From: Thermodesulfobacteriota bacterium | GTDB taxonomy: Bacteria; Desulfobacterota; Desulfomonilia; UBA1062 | Assembly: GCA_036834365.1 (NCBI GenBank) | Contig: DAITOA010000014.1 | Coordinates: 6,825 to 70,824, forward strand | Direction of reading: 5' to 3' | Length of the DNA: 64,000 bases | Shown: positions 27,039 to 36,975 of the stretch, piece by piece | Layout of the letters: each line of letters opens with the position of its first letter | Numbering within the stretch: the first letter of the stretch is position 1 | Translations under genes and position numbers: made by a program | Notes under the pieces: model-generated | Databases searched by the model: none | Seen by the model: only the letters and a program-made list of their open reading frames with translations | What the model was told of the DNA's origin: nothing

Positions 27039-27516
27039 TTTCCCTTCCCTCTCTTCTGATCCCCGAGATCTTTAGGTACGTTTTCCATATTTCACCTGTA
27101 GTGCCTTTTGAACCGGATTCCAAGGTCAAGGACTTTTTATCTCTCCAGAATGGAGACATGTTTCAGGCTCAAGATCAAAGGCCGCCTGGATCTGTAAGGA
27201 TCCTTTCCCTTCAGTAGCAGGCAAGTGAAACGTTGCCACACATGCCAAAGTGCAACCTGTACACCCTTTCCTGGATTTGCATATACGTACCGCATGCTGG
27301 CATGAAGATGCAGGTTGCCATACCGTCACCATATCCTGCCCCATCCTCTGAGACATGGTAAATTTTTCAAATATATATTGACGCCTGTATCAATGAATGC
27401 TAGATATTTTCTGATATGTATGTCAAACAAACGCACTTATCTAACTGTTATCATGTGATATTCAGAAATCTTCGGATTACTGTGTAGGCGAACATCCGAC
27501 AAAAGGAGACTATACT

Positions 27517-29157
27517 ATGACGGCCTTCAGAGAAATCACCATGGGAAACCTCTTGAGAGAGACTGCATCAAGATTCCCTGACAATGAGGCACTTATATAT
27601 CCCGAAACAGGGCTCAGGCTGAGTTACCTGGAACTGCTCGAGAAGTGCACAGGCGTCGCAAAAGGATTCATGGCACTCGGCGTGAAAAACGGAGATCATG
27701 TCTCCGTATGGACGACGAACCTTCCCGAGTGGGTCTACCTGCAGTTCAGTCTCGGTATGATCGGTGCGGTTCTTGTCACCGTGAACACAAATTACAAGTC
27801 AAGCGAACTCGAATACATTCTCAAACAATCGGACACCACGACCCTTGTTCTCATGGAGGGATATCGAGACACGAGTTTCTATGACATCACCAGAGAGGTC
27901 ATTTCGGAACTAGACACCACAGTCCCCGGCAAACTCAACTCTCCGAAGCTCCCTTATCTGAAAAACGTCATTTACATTGGGACAAGAAAGGATATCCCGG
28001 GGATGTTCTCCTTTGACCAGATCTTTGATCTGGGAAAAACTATTCCCGATGAGGAACTCGGAGAAAGGGAAAAGGCCATCCACTTCCATGATGTGGTCAA
28101 TATGCAGTACACCTCAGGGACCACAGGGTTCCCGAAAGGCGTGATGCTTACCCATTACAATGTCATCAACAATGCACGGATGGTGGGAGACGTTATGGGC
28201 ATGACGGAGAAAGACCGTCTGTTCATACAGGTACCCCTCTTCCACTGCTTCGGCTGTGTGATGAGCACCCTCAATGCAATGGTGCACGGCTCAACCATGG
28301 TGATCATCGACGCCTTCGATCCCCTGAAGGCCCTGAAATACGTCGACCAGGAAAAGTGCACGGCCATCAACGGCGTTCCCACCATGTTCATCGCCATATT
28401 GGGACACGAAGATTTCAACAAGTATTCCACCACGTCTCTAAGGACCGGTATTATGGCAGGGGCCCCATGCCCGGTGGACACCATGAATCAGGTCCGGGAT
28501 GTCATGCATTGCCCTGAGATCGTCATTGCCTTCGGCCAGACGGAATCCTCCCCGGTCATGACCATGACACGCAGGGATGACCCGGTCGACCTCCGCGTCT
28601 CCACAGTTGGAAGGCTTCTCCCTGATATCGAGGGAAAGATCGTCGACCCCGGCACGGGAGAGGATGTCCCGTGCAATGTCCAGGGCGAGATCGTGACGAG
28701 AAGCGCATGTGTCATGAAGGGTTATTACAAGATGCCCGAAGATACGAAAAAGGCCATCGACAAGGATGGGTGGCTCCATACGGGAGACCTTGGCACCATA
28801 GATGAGAACGGCTACTTCAAGGTAACAGGCCGGATCAAGGAAATGATCATCCGCGGCGGCGAGAATATCTACCCGCGGGAAATCGAGGAATTCCTCCGCA
28901 AGAATCCCAAGGTCAGAGATGTGTATGTTGTTGGCATCCCTGATAAAAAGTACGGTGAACAGGTCCTTGCTGCTGTCATGCTCAAACCTGGAGAAAGGGC
29001 CTCGAATGACGAGTTCGTCTCGTTCTGCCAGGGCAGGATCGCTCGTCACAAGATACCCAGATACTGGGAATTCGTTGATTCAGTCCCCATGACAGCCAGC
29101 GGCAAGGTCCAGAAATTCAAGATGGTGGAGCAGTATGCCCACAAATACGGGAACTGA
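27517..29157 (+). CDS. AMP-binding acyl-CoA synthetase (fatty/aryl acid-CoA ligase)
   Basis: QYTSGTTGFPKG, PLFHCFG, FGQTESSP, WLHTGDLG, GRIKEMIIRGGENIYPREIE, TASGKVQK. Confidence 0.93.
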   Translation: MTAFREITMGNLLRETASRFPDNEALIYPETGLRLSYLELLEKCTGVAKGFMALGVKNGDHVSVWTTNLPEWVYLQFSLGMIGAVLVTVNTNYKSSELEYILKQSDTTTLVLMEGYRDTSFYDITREVISELDTTVPGKLNSPKLPYLKNVIYIGTRKDIPGMFSFDQIFDLGKTIPDEELGEREKAIHFHDVVNMQYTSGTTGFPKGVMLTHYNVINNARMVGDVMGMTEKDRLFIQVPLFHCFGCVMSTLNAMVHGSTMVIIDAFDPLKALKYVDQEKCTAINGVPTMFIAILGHEDFNKYSTTSLRTGIMAGAPCPVDTMNQVRDVMHCPEIVIAFGQTESSPVMTMTRRDDPVDLRVSTVGRLLPDIEGKIVDPGTGEDVPCNVQGEIVTRSACVMKGYYKMPEDTKKAIDKDGWLHTGDLGTIDENGYFKVTGRIKEMIIRGGENIYPREIEEFLRKNPKVRDVYVVGIPDKKYGEQVLAAVMLKPGERASNDEFVSFCQGRIARHKIPRYWEFVDSVPMTASGKVQKFKMVEQYAHKYGN

Positions 29158-29429
29158 CCGGTGAGATGATCCTTGCCGGCAGAGGGTCACGCCTTCTCGC
29201 GAGATCCTCTGCAAACAGGGAGGCGTTGTCGTTCCTTATATCCCCAGCGGTCAATTGAGGATCTGCTTCTTCATATATGACACCATAATCAGCAGGGCTC
29301 CTGCGAGACCATGGGAGAGCAACGGGCGGAAATCATACCTTTCCGGCTTGTCTGACACGATTGTCATCTGATGATCCAAGGTACTACCCGGGTACAGGAG
29401 CGCTGACTCCTGCACCCGGTGTTAATTTC

Positions 29430-31292
29430 TCAGGCAAAGCTTTCCTCGGGTATCTCTACAATGGACATGTCTTCATTCTTCATGGCCTTCACCACGGCAT
29501 CCACCTCGGGGAGCACATTCCTGATGAAATACTGGGCAGATGAAATCTTCCCCATATAGAACGCCACATCCTTGCTGGATTTCGCAAGATCGGACATGGC
29601 CGCACTATCCAAACCCTTGATGCCGGCCTGCCGGACAAGTACATCGAGCTTTTCCTTTGCAATCCCCGCCTGCCAGAACAGGAACCAGCCGGACACGACT
29701 TTGCCCATCATCATGAGGAACGGATAGGCATTGTTGATGGGGACAAGGAACTTACCGGCCTTACCGCACGAGGCAAAGTACACCGCCGTATCAGCCAGGA
29801 CATTTACACTTGCCTGGACGGCATCACCGAGTTCCTTCAGTCCCTCGATCTCCTTGTACTTGGTAACGGTGGAACCCATGAGACCCAGGAGGTTCATGAA
29901 GTATGTACCTTTCTTCATACCCAGCTTCCTGCCGATGAGATCAAGCGCCTGGATGCCGTTGGCCCCCTCATAGATGGAAGCGATCTTCTCATCGCGCATA
30001 AACTGCTCCACGGGGTACTCGCTGCAGAAACCGTATCCGCCGTAGATCTGCATGGCGTTCTCAGTGACCCGGAAGCCGATGTCCGAACAGTATGCCTTCA
30101 CGATGGGCGTGAGCATCTCTGCATAGCCTATCCACTTGTCCTTTTCCTCTTCATTAACCCCTATGCGGTGCATATCGAAACACAGCGCCACGAAATAGGT
30201 GAGCGCCCGCATGCTGTCTACGTTCGACTTCATCCACAGGAGCATCCTTCGCACATCCGGGTGCCTGATGATAGGAACCCGGGGCGCCTCCGGATTTTTC
30301 ATCTCCATAATGGATGATCCCTGGAGCCTTTCCTTGGCGTACTTCAGTGCGTGCAGGTATGCTATGGATGCGCTTGCAAGGCCCTGCATGCCAACGGCAA
30401 GGCGCGCCTCATTCATCATCTGGAACATGATCTTCATGCCATCGCGCTCATTGCCCAGGAGTTCTGCGTAGCAATCATTGTTGTCTCCGAAGTTGATGAG
30501 ACAGGTGGCGCTGCCGTGGATACCCATTTTCTCCTCGATCTTTGCGATCTCGTAGTCGTTTCTCTTCCCCAGGGTCCCGTCGCCGTTGACAAGGTACTTG
30601 GGCACGATGAATATGGAAATACCCTTGGTGCCGGCAGGGTCGCCCTCGATCCTCGCTAGAACCGGATGGATGACATTCTCGACGAGATCATGATCCCCCC
30701 CGGTGATGAAGATCTTGGTTCCCTGGAGCTTGAAGGTCCCGTCGGGCTGTCGTATGGCCTTGGTGCTCAGATTCCCCACATCGGACCCCGCACCCGGCTC
30801 GGTGAGCGCCATGGTCCCGCCCCATACACCCTGGACCATCTTCTCCATGTACTTCTTCTTCTGCTCATCGGTTCCATAGGTCAGGATCAGATGGGCCGCA
30901 CCCTCGGTGGCAAAAGGGTACGCAATGAAGGCAAAGTTGTGGTAGAACCACTCAATGGCTGCGATCTTCACGCTCTCCGGCATCCCCTGGCCCCCTTCCT
31001 CGGGAGGGAAGGACATGCCGATCCAGCCACCCTCGCAGAACAACCTGTAGACGCGCTTGAAACAGTCCGGCACATGCACCTGCCCGTCGACAAGCCTGCA
31101 CCCCTGACGGTCGCTCTCCACCAGTGTAGGAAGGATCTCTTCCTCGGCGATCTTCTGTGCCTCGGTCAGGATCATGTTGAATGTTTCTTTGGAAAAGTCT
31201 GCAAACTTTTCATTCCCGCAGACCCTTTCCGCCTCGAGCATCTCATAGAGCACAAACTGCTGGTCCCTCTCATCCAAAATCATGCTTGCCAT
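29430..31292 (-). CDS. Acyl-CoA dehydrogenase (long, about 600-aa type)
   Basis: TMALTEPGAGSD, GTKIFITGG, GTKGIS, EEKMGIHGSAT, MNEARL, QIYGGYG, SIYEGANGIQALDL. Start at 31292 after GAAAGAGGGG. Confidence 0.95.
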   Translation of the reverse strand: MASMILDERDQQFVLYEMLEAERVCGNEKFADFSKETFNMILTEAQKIAEEEILPTLVESDRQGCRLVDGQVHVPDCFKRVYRLFCEGGWIGMSFPPEEGGQGMPESVKIAAIEWFYHNFAFIAYPFATEGAAHLILTYGTDEQKKKYMEKMVQGVWGGTMALTEPGAGSDVGNLSTKAIRQPDGTFKLQGTKIFITGGDHDLVENVIHPVLARIEGDPAGTKGISIFIVPKYLVNGDGTLGKRNDYEIAKIEEKMGIHGSATCLINFGDNNDCYAELLGNERDGMKIMFQMMNEARLAVGMQGLASASIAYLHALKYAKERLQGSSIMEMKNPEAPRVPIIRHPDVRRMLLWMKSNVDSMRALTYFVALCFDMHRIGVNEEEKDKWIGYAEMLTPIVKAYCSDIGFRVTENAMQIYGGYGFCSEYPVEQFMRDEKIASIYEGANGIQALDLIGRKLGMKKGTYFMNLLGLMGSTVTKYKEIEGLKELGDAVQASVNVLADTAVYFASCGKAGKFLVPINNAYPFLMMMGKVVSGWFLFWQAGIAKEKLDVLVRQAGIKGLDSAAMSDLAKSSKDVAFYMGKISSAQYFIRNVLPEVDAVVKAMKNEDMSIVEIPEESFA

Positions 31293-31417
31293 ACAATCCC
31301 CCTCTTTCGTGTTCGTGATACGGTACACCGCATTCTGGTGTTCCTTTGTTTCCCTGTCGACTCAATGCCGGAGAATGAGACCGTACAGGTGCGGCTCATT
31401 TACTCATGGCAAAATAA

Positions 31418-31864
31418 TCAGAATCTCCTCAGCTGCCAGGTGCCCCGGACACTGCAGCAGACCTGCCCGCTTTCATCCTTTATTTCGAGTTCCATGGTCC
31501 AGTCCTGTTTTCCATGTGATTCTGCCGAGTTCTGGATCCCGTCGACCTGCTCAGACGAGAGCTCCACATCAAGGTAGACATCGCCTGTCGCGGGTCTGCG
31601 ATATTGTATGAAAACCTCTTTCACGATGGGATAGAATTTCGTGTGATCAAAGGATACATAGTAGATGACTCCGCCCGAGAACTCAGCCAGGATGAACAGG
31701 GAGCCTCCGTAGATCGTACCGATATGGTTGATGTTAGGCTCGAACGGGAGCATTATCCTCGCATATCGTTTCTTCAGGGAGACAATCTTCACCCCGGTCT
31801 GACTGATGATGTTCACTGCCTGTTCGAGAAAAACAGCCCCCTCCCTGTACTGTTCTTCTATCAT
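31418..31864 (-). CDS. Hot-dog fold thioesterase (YiiD C-terminal/PaaI-like)
   Basis: PFEPNINHIGTIYGGSLFILAE, IQYRRPATGD; start at 31864 after GGGGGG. Confidence 0.85.
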   Translation of the reverse strand: MIEEQYREGAVFLEQAVNIISQTGVKIVSLKKRYARIMLPFEPNINHIGTIYGGSLFILAEFSGGVIYYVSFDHTKFYPIVKEVFIQYRRPATGDVYLDVELSSEQVDGIQNSAESHGKQDWTMELEIKDESGQVCCSVRGTWQLRRF

Positions 31865-32067
31865 TGAGTCCCCCCGTTCCGGCCTGAGAATAATCTGCAA
31901 TTTAAGATAATACAATCTTACCGTATTATTTTAACAATTTCCCGATAAATGAATCAAGCATTCATTTCAGAACAGGCTTCACCCCTGTGTGGAATACGAC
32001 GTGCTATGCGTGCAGATAAGATGCGGTCAGCCAGGCAATAGCTTCAGGAATTATATACAGCCAACCA

Positions 32068-32967
32068 TCAAAGTCCCTTGAGGATCTCGGCTTTCTTCTG
32101 CTCGTAATCCTCATGGGTAATCAGGTTCTTGTCCAGAAGGTCTTTCAACACTCTGAGTCTGCTTTCAACTTCTTCTGAAGCCCCCTCCTTACTTATCGTC
32201 TGAGGTATCTTATCGGAAGGACCTTCTTTCTTGTCTTCAGGCCTTACGTACCTGGAGGTTACATCAACTATTTTCTTGGGCTCAACAAAGCTAATGCTGC
32301 TATAACTCCGATTGTCAAAATCGCGAAGGACCTGCTCTCGTGTTGCCTCCGGAGAATCTCCTGCAAGACAGGTGTCGCATGCACCCTTGGTACATCCTGA
32401 TGAAACATCCTCAAAATAGATGACGACCACCTGCGACTTGTTACCCAGGCCGGCATTCTTTGCAAGGTATTTCGTCAGATAGCAGGGAGAGTCCGGTCCG
32501 GATGGAAAGACCTCCTGCTCTTCCGCCGTGAAGACACCTGTGCGGGTATAGAGGAAATAGTCATATTCGTCGTTCATGATCTTTACCAAGCCTGAATCAA
32601 GGAGATTCTCCGTCTGCTTTACCGTCTCGTCCTGTTGCCTGGCCTTGCTCGGGTCTCCCCTGACCACTGTCAGCCGTATGAGAATTCCCTTCAGGAGCCT
32701 GCCCTGGGGATCAAGATCCCCAAAAAGATAGGATGACGTGCTGTCCTGTGAATCATTGTTGGGGTGGGTGGAGGGGTCTTTCGCAGTAACCTCGGCACTG
32801 CCGATGTATTTCAGTGAAGGATCGATATAAACCCTGAGCTCGGGAAAAGAAGAGTACAGCGTGTTGCCTTCCACGATTCTCTGGGTTTCGAATTGCTTGA
32901 GTTCAGCACAAGCGCAGAGCGTAAGAACCATTAATCCCATAAGTGCGTATCGAATAAATATATTCAT
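32068..32967 (-). CDS. Hypothetical lipoprotein with C-terminal SHOCT domain
   Basis: Lipobox LCAC; C-terminus VESRLRVLKDLLDKNLITHEDYEQKKAEILKGL. Confidence 0.75.
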   Translation of the reverse strand: MNIFIRYALMGLMVLTLCACAELKQFETQRIVEGNTLYSSFPELRVYIDPSLKYIGSAEVTAKDPSTHPNNDSQDSTSSYLFGDLDPQGRLLKGILIRLTVVRGDPSKARQQDETVKQTENLLDSGLVKIMNDEYDYFLYTRTGVFTAEEQEVFPSGPDSPCYLTKYLAKNAGLGNKSQVVVIYFEDVSSGCTKGACDTCLAGDSPEATREQVLRDFDNRSYSSISFVEPKKIVDVTSRYVRPEDKKEGPSDKIPQTISKEGASEEVESRLRVLKDLLDKNLITHEDYEQKKAEILKGL

Positions 32968-33437
32968 CAGGCTTTTCCCCATAAAGAGCGGTCTGTTTGA
33001 CAAGTATGCACCGAGATAATTCCCTTTGTCACGAGTTGATCTCTACCCGTATTTCAGGGAGATGGTCAAGGTTGATTTGATTGAGCCTCCATGGGACCCA
33101 GCTGTTCACATTCCTGGAACGATTCAGAACGGTCGAGGGGGAAGTCCTTCACCCGGCAGGGCATCCTCCCCTATTGTTGTAATTACTACATCATGAGAAA
33201 GATAACCGATGCAGATTTGCAACATATTCTCAACCCCTGTTTCGGTAATCAATGAATTTTCTGTTAATATTGCATATGGTACAATTATTGTATTGACCTA
33301 GACTAAAAATTCGTTAGTAAGATACTGTTCAGGGTATGAGAGTGCTTTATTTTCAGTTTAGCGAAGATGGGCAATGGAGTTATTCCCCTTGCCGCATCCT
33401 CTACATCATCGAAAAAAACCATTTGTAGGAGGAAGTC

Positions 33438-34712
33438 ATGAGGAAATTTCTGATGTTTCTGATGGTGTTGGCACTGGCGTTCACCTTTGCCGTTCCTGCA
33501 TTCGCCTTTGAGAACATCTTCGGCGGGTACTGGAGGACAAGGGCGTACATGGACAAGAACTTCACCGGTGAGGACCAGACCGAGGCGGCTGATGTGACAA
33601 AGGTTGATACAAGAACACGCCTCTATTACACGGCTAAGTTCAGCGACAACTTCAAGTTCGTGAACAAGTTCGAGATGGATGCCACCTGGGGCGATGCATC
33701 AAGCGGTTATGGTGACATCGGCGCCGACGGCATCAAGGTTGAGGTCAAAAATTCCTATGCTGATATGACCTTTGACAAGACCAATGCGAAAATCGGCGTG
33801 CAGGGTGCGACCATCTGCCGAGGCTTCATCTTCGACGACGACTTCGCCGGCGCGGTGGTGGCCTACAAGGCCAGCGACACCCTGACCCTTCCCTTCATCT
33901 GGGTCAAGGCCTATGAGGGCGGTTATGGCAAAGATGCCAATGATTACGATTTTGATTACTATGCCATCTACCCCACCATCAACCTTGGCAAAGCAACTGT
34001 GAATCCCCTTCTGATGTATGCGTACTCGAAGGATGCTTCGAACTATGACAACTTCTACACGAATCCCATCGCAGACCTTGGTCTTGATCTTACAAAGATC
34101 AGCGTGTACTACCTTGGTGCAGATGTGGATGCCAACGTGGGCCCCGCTTCCGTGTGGTTCACCGGCATTTATGAAGGCGGAAAAGTTGATGTGGTTATTG
34201 AGTCAGAGACCGAAAGTGTCGATGTCAAGGCATACCTCCTTGCCCTCGGAGCAGGCGCCGATGTTGACAAACTGAATGTCCATGGCCAGGTCTTCTATGC
34301 AAGCGGTGCCGATGACAGCAGCGATTACAAAGGATTCTGGGTTCCCGCCGGCCAGAGCTACTACTGGGCTGAGATCATGGGCTACGGTATCTTCGATAAC
34401 CAGGTTTCGAATGCTTCCTGCGGTGATCAGATCAGTAATATCATGGCACTGAACCTCGGGGCTTCCTTTAAGGCATCCGATAAGCTGACCCTGAATGGAG
34501 ACCTCTGGTTCGCCCAGCTGGCGGAAGACGACGCCAACGGCAACACAGACCTCGGCACCGAGATCGACCTGACCGCCAATTACAAGCTTCTCGACAACGT
34601 CACGCTGGATGTCGTTGCCGCCTACCTCGTGGCCGGCGACGCCACCACCCTGGAGTCCGATGACGAGGCTGATCCCTTGGAAATCGGTACCAGGATCTCC
34701 TTCGGTTTCTAA
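33438..34712 (+). CDS. Outer-membrane beta-barrel porin (Desulfobacterota-type/alginate-export-like)
   Basis: Signal peptide ending AFA, alternating aromatic beta-strands, DLGTEIDL motif, C-terminal RISFGF; strong GGAGG RBS. Confidence 0.85.
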   Translation: MRKFLMFLMVLALAFTFAVPAFAFENIFGGYWRTRAYMDKNFTGEDQTEAADVTKVDTRTRLYYTAKFSDNFKFVNKFEMDATWGDASSGYGDIGADGIKVEVKNSYADMTFDKTNAKIGVQGATICRGFIFDDDFAGAVVAYKASDTLTLPFIWVKAYEGGYGKDANDYDFDYYAIYPTINLGKATVNPLLMYAYSKDASNYDNFYTNPIADLGLDLTKISVYYLGADVDANVGPASVWFTGIYEGGKVDVVIESETESVDVKAYLLALGAGADVDKLNVHGQVFYASGADDSSDYKGFWVPAGQSYYWAEIMGYGIFDNQVSNASCGDQISNIMALNLGASFKASDKLTLNGDLWFAQLAEDDANGNTDLGTEIDLTANYKLLDNVTLDVVAAYLVAGDATTLESDDEADPLEIGTRISFGF

Positions 34713-34739
34713 ACTCCGATTCCCACTTACATCGGCAGG

Positions 34740-34774
34740 AGGGGGCTGGTTCATGGAACCAGCCCCCTTTCTTT
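34740..34774 (+). terminator. Rho-independent terminator of the porin gene
   Basis: AGGGGGCTGGTTC-ATG-GAACCAGCCCCCT followed by TTCTTT. Confidence 0.85.
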
Positions 34775-35050
34775 GTCGATTCAATCCCGCTAACCTCGGC
34801 ACAACAGGATCCCCCACCATCTGCTGTCCTCGGTCTGATCATGGGTCGGGGGATGCCTGAAGATTATGATGCAATTATGCATATATGGTGCATACTTGCA
34901 TTACATTTCAAGACATGCACTTGCAAAGTTCCACCGCCTCGGGAACCTGCCTGCACGATGACTCGAGGATGGAAACAAGCTCTCCCCACAATGGTATCTC
35001 ACAATGCCTTGATATAAAATGTCTTATCATTGAACTCAACGAGGTGAGTC

Positions 35051-35350
35051 ATGGGGGAAGACTGCACTTTGTTCATCAACAAATCGTCTCCAAGGCTATC
35101 TCCACAACTTGGTACGGGGTTTGCTGTATCTGAGATAAGAGAACGCACACTCTCTCTTAACAAGATACCCTCCACCCTGATGCTGGTATGGCAACCATAC
35201 CAGCTTTTTTTACGTAGCGATGCAAGCTTATCAGCAGGTTGCAATGGTTACACAAGTGTTGAACTCGCCGTTGGCGAACACGGAAATGTTTTACCGGCAC
35301 GGATCGATAATACGGAAGGAAAACCAACCAGGAAGAAGATCAGACCTTGA
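35051..35350 (+). CDS. Small hypothetical protein (99 aa)
   Basis: GAGGTGAG RBS before the ATG; fills an otherwise empty gap; no recognised motif. Confidence 0.4.
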   Translation: MGEDCTLFINKSSPRLSPQLGTGFAVSEIRERTLSLNKIPSTLMLVWQPYQLFLRSDASLSAGCNGYTSVELAVGEHGNVLPARIDNTEGKPTRKKIRP

Positions 35351-36356
35351 GGTCGATCTGCTGGATGGTTCCCACTGACCCATTTTCGTTGAGGAAGATA
35401 CCGCTGGACTTCACCCGGCCGAGGAGTTCCCCACTCAACTGATCCTTCATATCAAACTGGGTCAGGCTGGAAGACGTATAAATCGCCCCGATACCCACGT
35501 CCCGGATACCTTGGAGGATCTGTTCTCCGGATTCATTGAACCTCAGTACGGAGAGCCTCTGGTACACATCATCACTCTCATCGATCCATCCGTTTCCATC
35601 AGTATCATAGGCTGAGAGCTCGCTGAATCCGTTGCCGGTAGACGGTCCGAACAGCTCATTTCCGTTGTTGATGATCCCATCACTGTTGAGGTCGATGGCA
35701 AGGTACCCCTTGCCGGCTGATAACCCGGGAAGACTCTCCTCAATGCCGTCGGCATTGATATCAAACCCGAACGTGCCGTTCGCGAGTTGGACCGCAGTTC
35801 CGTCAAAGTTGATCACGAGAGGGTCCTTCAGGGCATCACCGGCCTTGATGCTGATGCTGTTCGTCTCCACATACTCCCGGCTCATGTCCAGGTGCAGGGT
35901 AAAGTCCAGGGTCTTGCCGTCGGAGGTCCTGATGACCCCCTGTGCGTCCATAGAGACCGCTTCCTTTTCCCGGTACGTGGTCTCATGGGAATAATCGAGC
36001 CCCCAGCCCGCGGATGTCTGCCCCGATTCCTCCGGTCCGGGTGACTCAGCAGCAACACCGGTATTATCTCCCCTTGTAAGATCCTCGGTCCTGAGGACCT
36101 TGACCCTCTTTCCTGAGAGAATCTCCGTAATGAGCCTTTCAAGGGAAACCTCGAGGCTCATGTCCTGCATGAGACCTTCTTCCCCCTCCTGTAATTCACA
36201 CTCCGCACATGCACGGGCCTCCTGAGAAATGCTCACCCGATCATTGTTGGAAGCTGTGGACTGATCGACCCAAAACCTTAACTCTGTCTTTTCTTCGAAC
36301 GCTTCGGAATAGGTACGCTGGGAACCCATGAGTATTGATGATTCGGCTATCTTCAT
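35340..36356 (-). CDS. Conserved hypothetical protein with DPLVINFDG motif and DxDxDG Ca-binding-like loops
   Basis: MKIAESSI start after AAGAGGAG; DPLVINFDG, DINADG, DLNSDGIINNGNELFGP, YDTDGNGWIDESD, C-terminal QQIDL. Confidence 0.75.
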   Translation of the reverse strand: MKIAESSILMGSQRTYSEAFEEKTELRFWVDQSTASNNDRVSISQEARACAECELQEGEEGLMQDMSLEVSLERLITEILSGKRVKVLRTEDLTRGDNTGVAAESPGPEESGQTSAGWGLDYSHETTYREKEAVSMDAQGVIRTSDGKTLDFTLHLDMSREYVETNSISIKAGDALKDPLVINFDGTAVQLANGTFGFDINADGIEESLPGLSAGKGYLAIDLNSDGIINNGNELFGPSTGNGFSELSAYDTDGNGWIDESDDVYQRLSVLRFNESGEQILQGIRDVGIGAIYTSSSLTQFDMKDQLSGELLGRVKSSGIFLNENGSVGTIQQIDLKV

Positions 36357-36570
36357 TGAAAGCTCCTCTTCCCTGAAAAGCTTCTTTAGGATTCTCATCG
36401 GCAGCGTGCCCCGAAAACTCAACATGCAATAATGAGAGGCCCATTCGAAACAGGTGCTGCCATGGGTTCTTGACATACCCTCGCCTATCCTGCATATCCC
36501 TGAGAGGTCAAACCTGTTCCGGATGACAGCACCAAGGCCGAACCTGTATGCCGTCTCCGAGGAGGGTTTT

Positions 36571-36954
36571 ATGCAAGAGATCCTGATCACGGCTGGCCAT
36601 ATCTACGTCCGTGCAGTTCTCAGCAACTCCCCGACTGCACGAGAGATAGGAAAGGTTCTCCCCATACACGGCATCACGCAGACCTGGGGAGAAGAGGTCT
36701 ATTTCACCATCCCCATCAGGGCCGAACTCGAACCCGATGCAAGGCAGGATATCGAGGTCGGCGAGTTGGGCTACTGGCCGACAGGACCTGCCTTCTGCAT
36801 TTTTTTCGGCCCCACACCTGCAAGCACTGGAGGAAAGCCCAGGGCATACAGCCCGGTGAACATCATCGGCCGGGTAAGCGGCGACCCGAGCGTGCTCAAG
36901 GATGTTCCCGAAGGGGCTGTAGTCGTGGTGCAGGCTGTTGAAGAACACCCTTAA
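36571..36954 (+). CDS. Cyclophilin-like fold protein (TM1367/DUF369-like)
   Basis: WGEEVYF, VGELGYWPTGPAFCIFFGPTP, SPVNIIG; GGAGG RBS before ATG 36571. Confidence 0.85.
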   Translation: MQEILITAGHIYVRAVLSNSPTAREIGKVLPIHGITQTWGEEVYFTIPIRAELEPDARQDIEVGELGYWPTGPAFCIFFGPTPASTGGKPRAYSPVNIIGRVSGDPSVLKDVPEGAVVVVQAVEEHP

Positions 36955-36975
36955 CGGAAAGGAATCGATGCAGAG

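Noticed and set aside
27040-27516. sigma54 promoter or ncRNA in the long trxC-ligase intergenic region
   Set aside because: The TGGCA...TGC pairs have the wrong spacing, and no recognisable RNA family is present.
30666-31577. Long opposite-strand or alternate-frame ORFs (for example 30666-31577, 46410-47342, 48045-49121, 57587-58819, 59081-60226, 61772-62938)
   Set aside because: They are shadows of well-supported genes, expected from GC-rich codon usage, and have no motifs.
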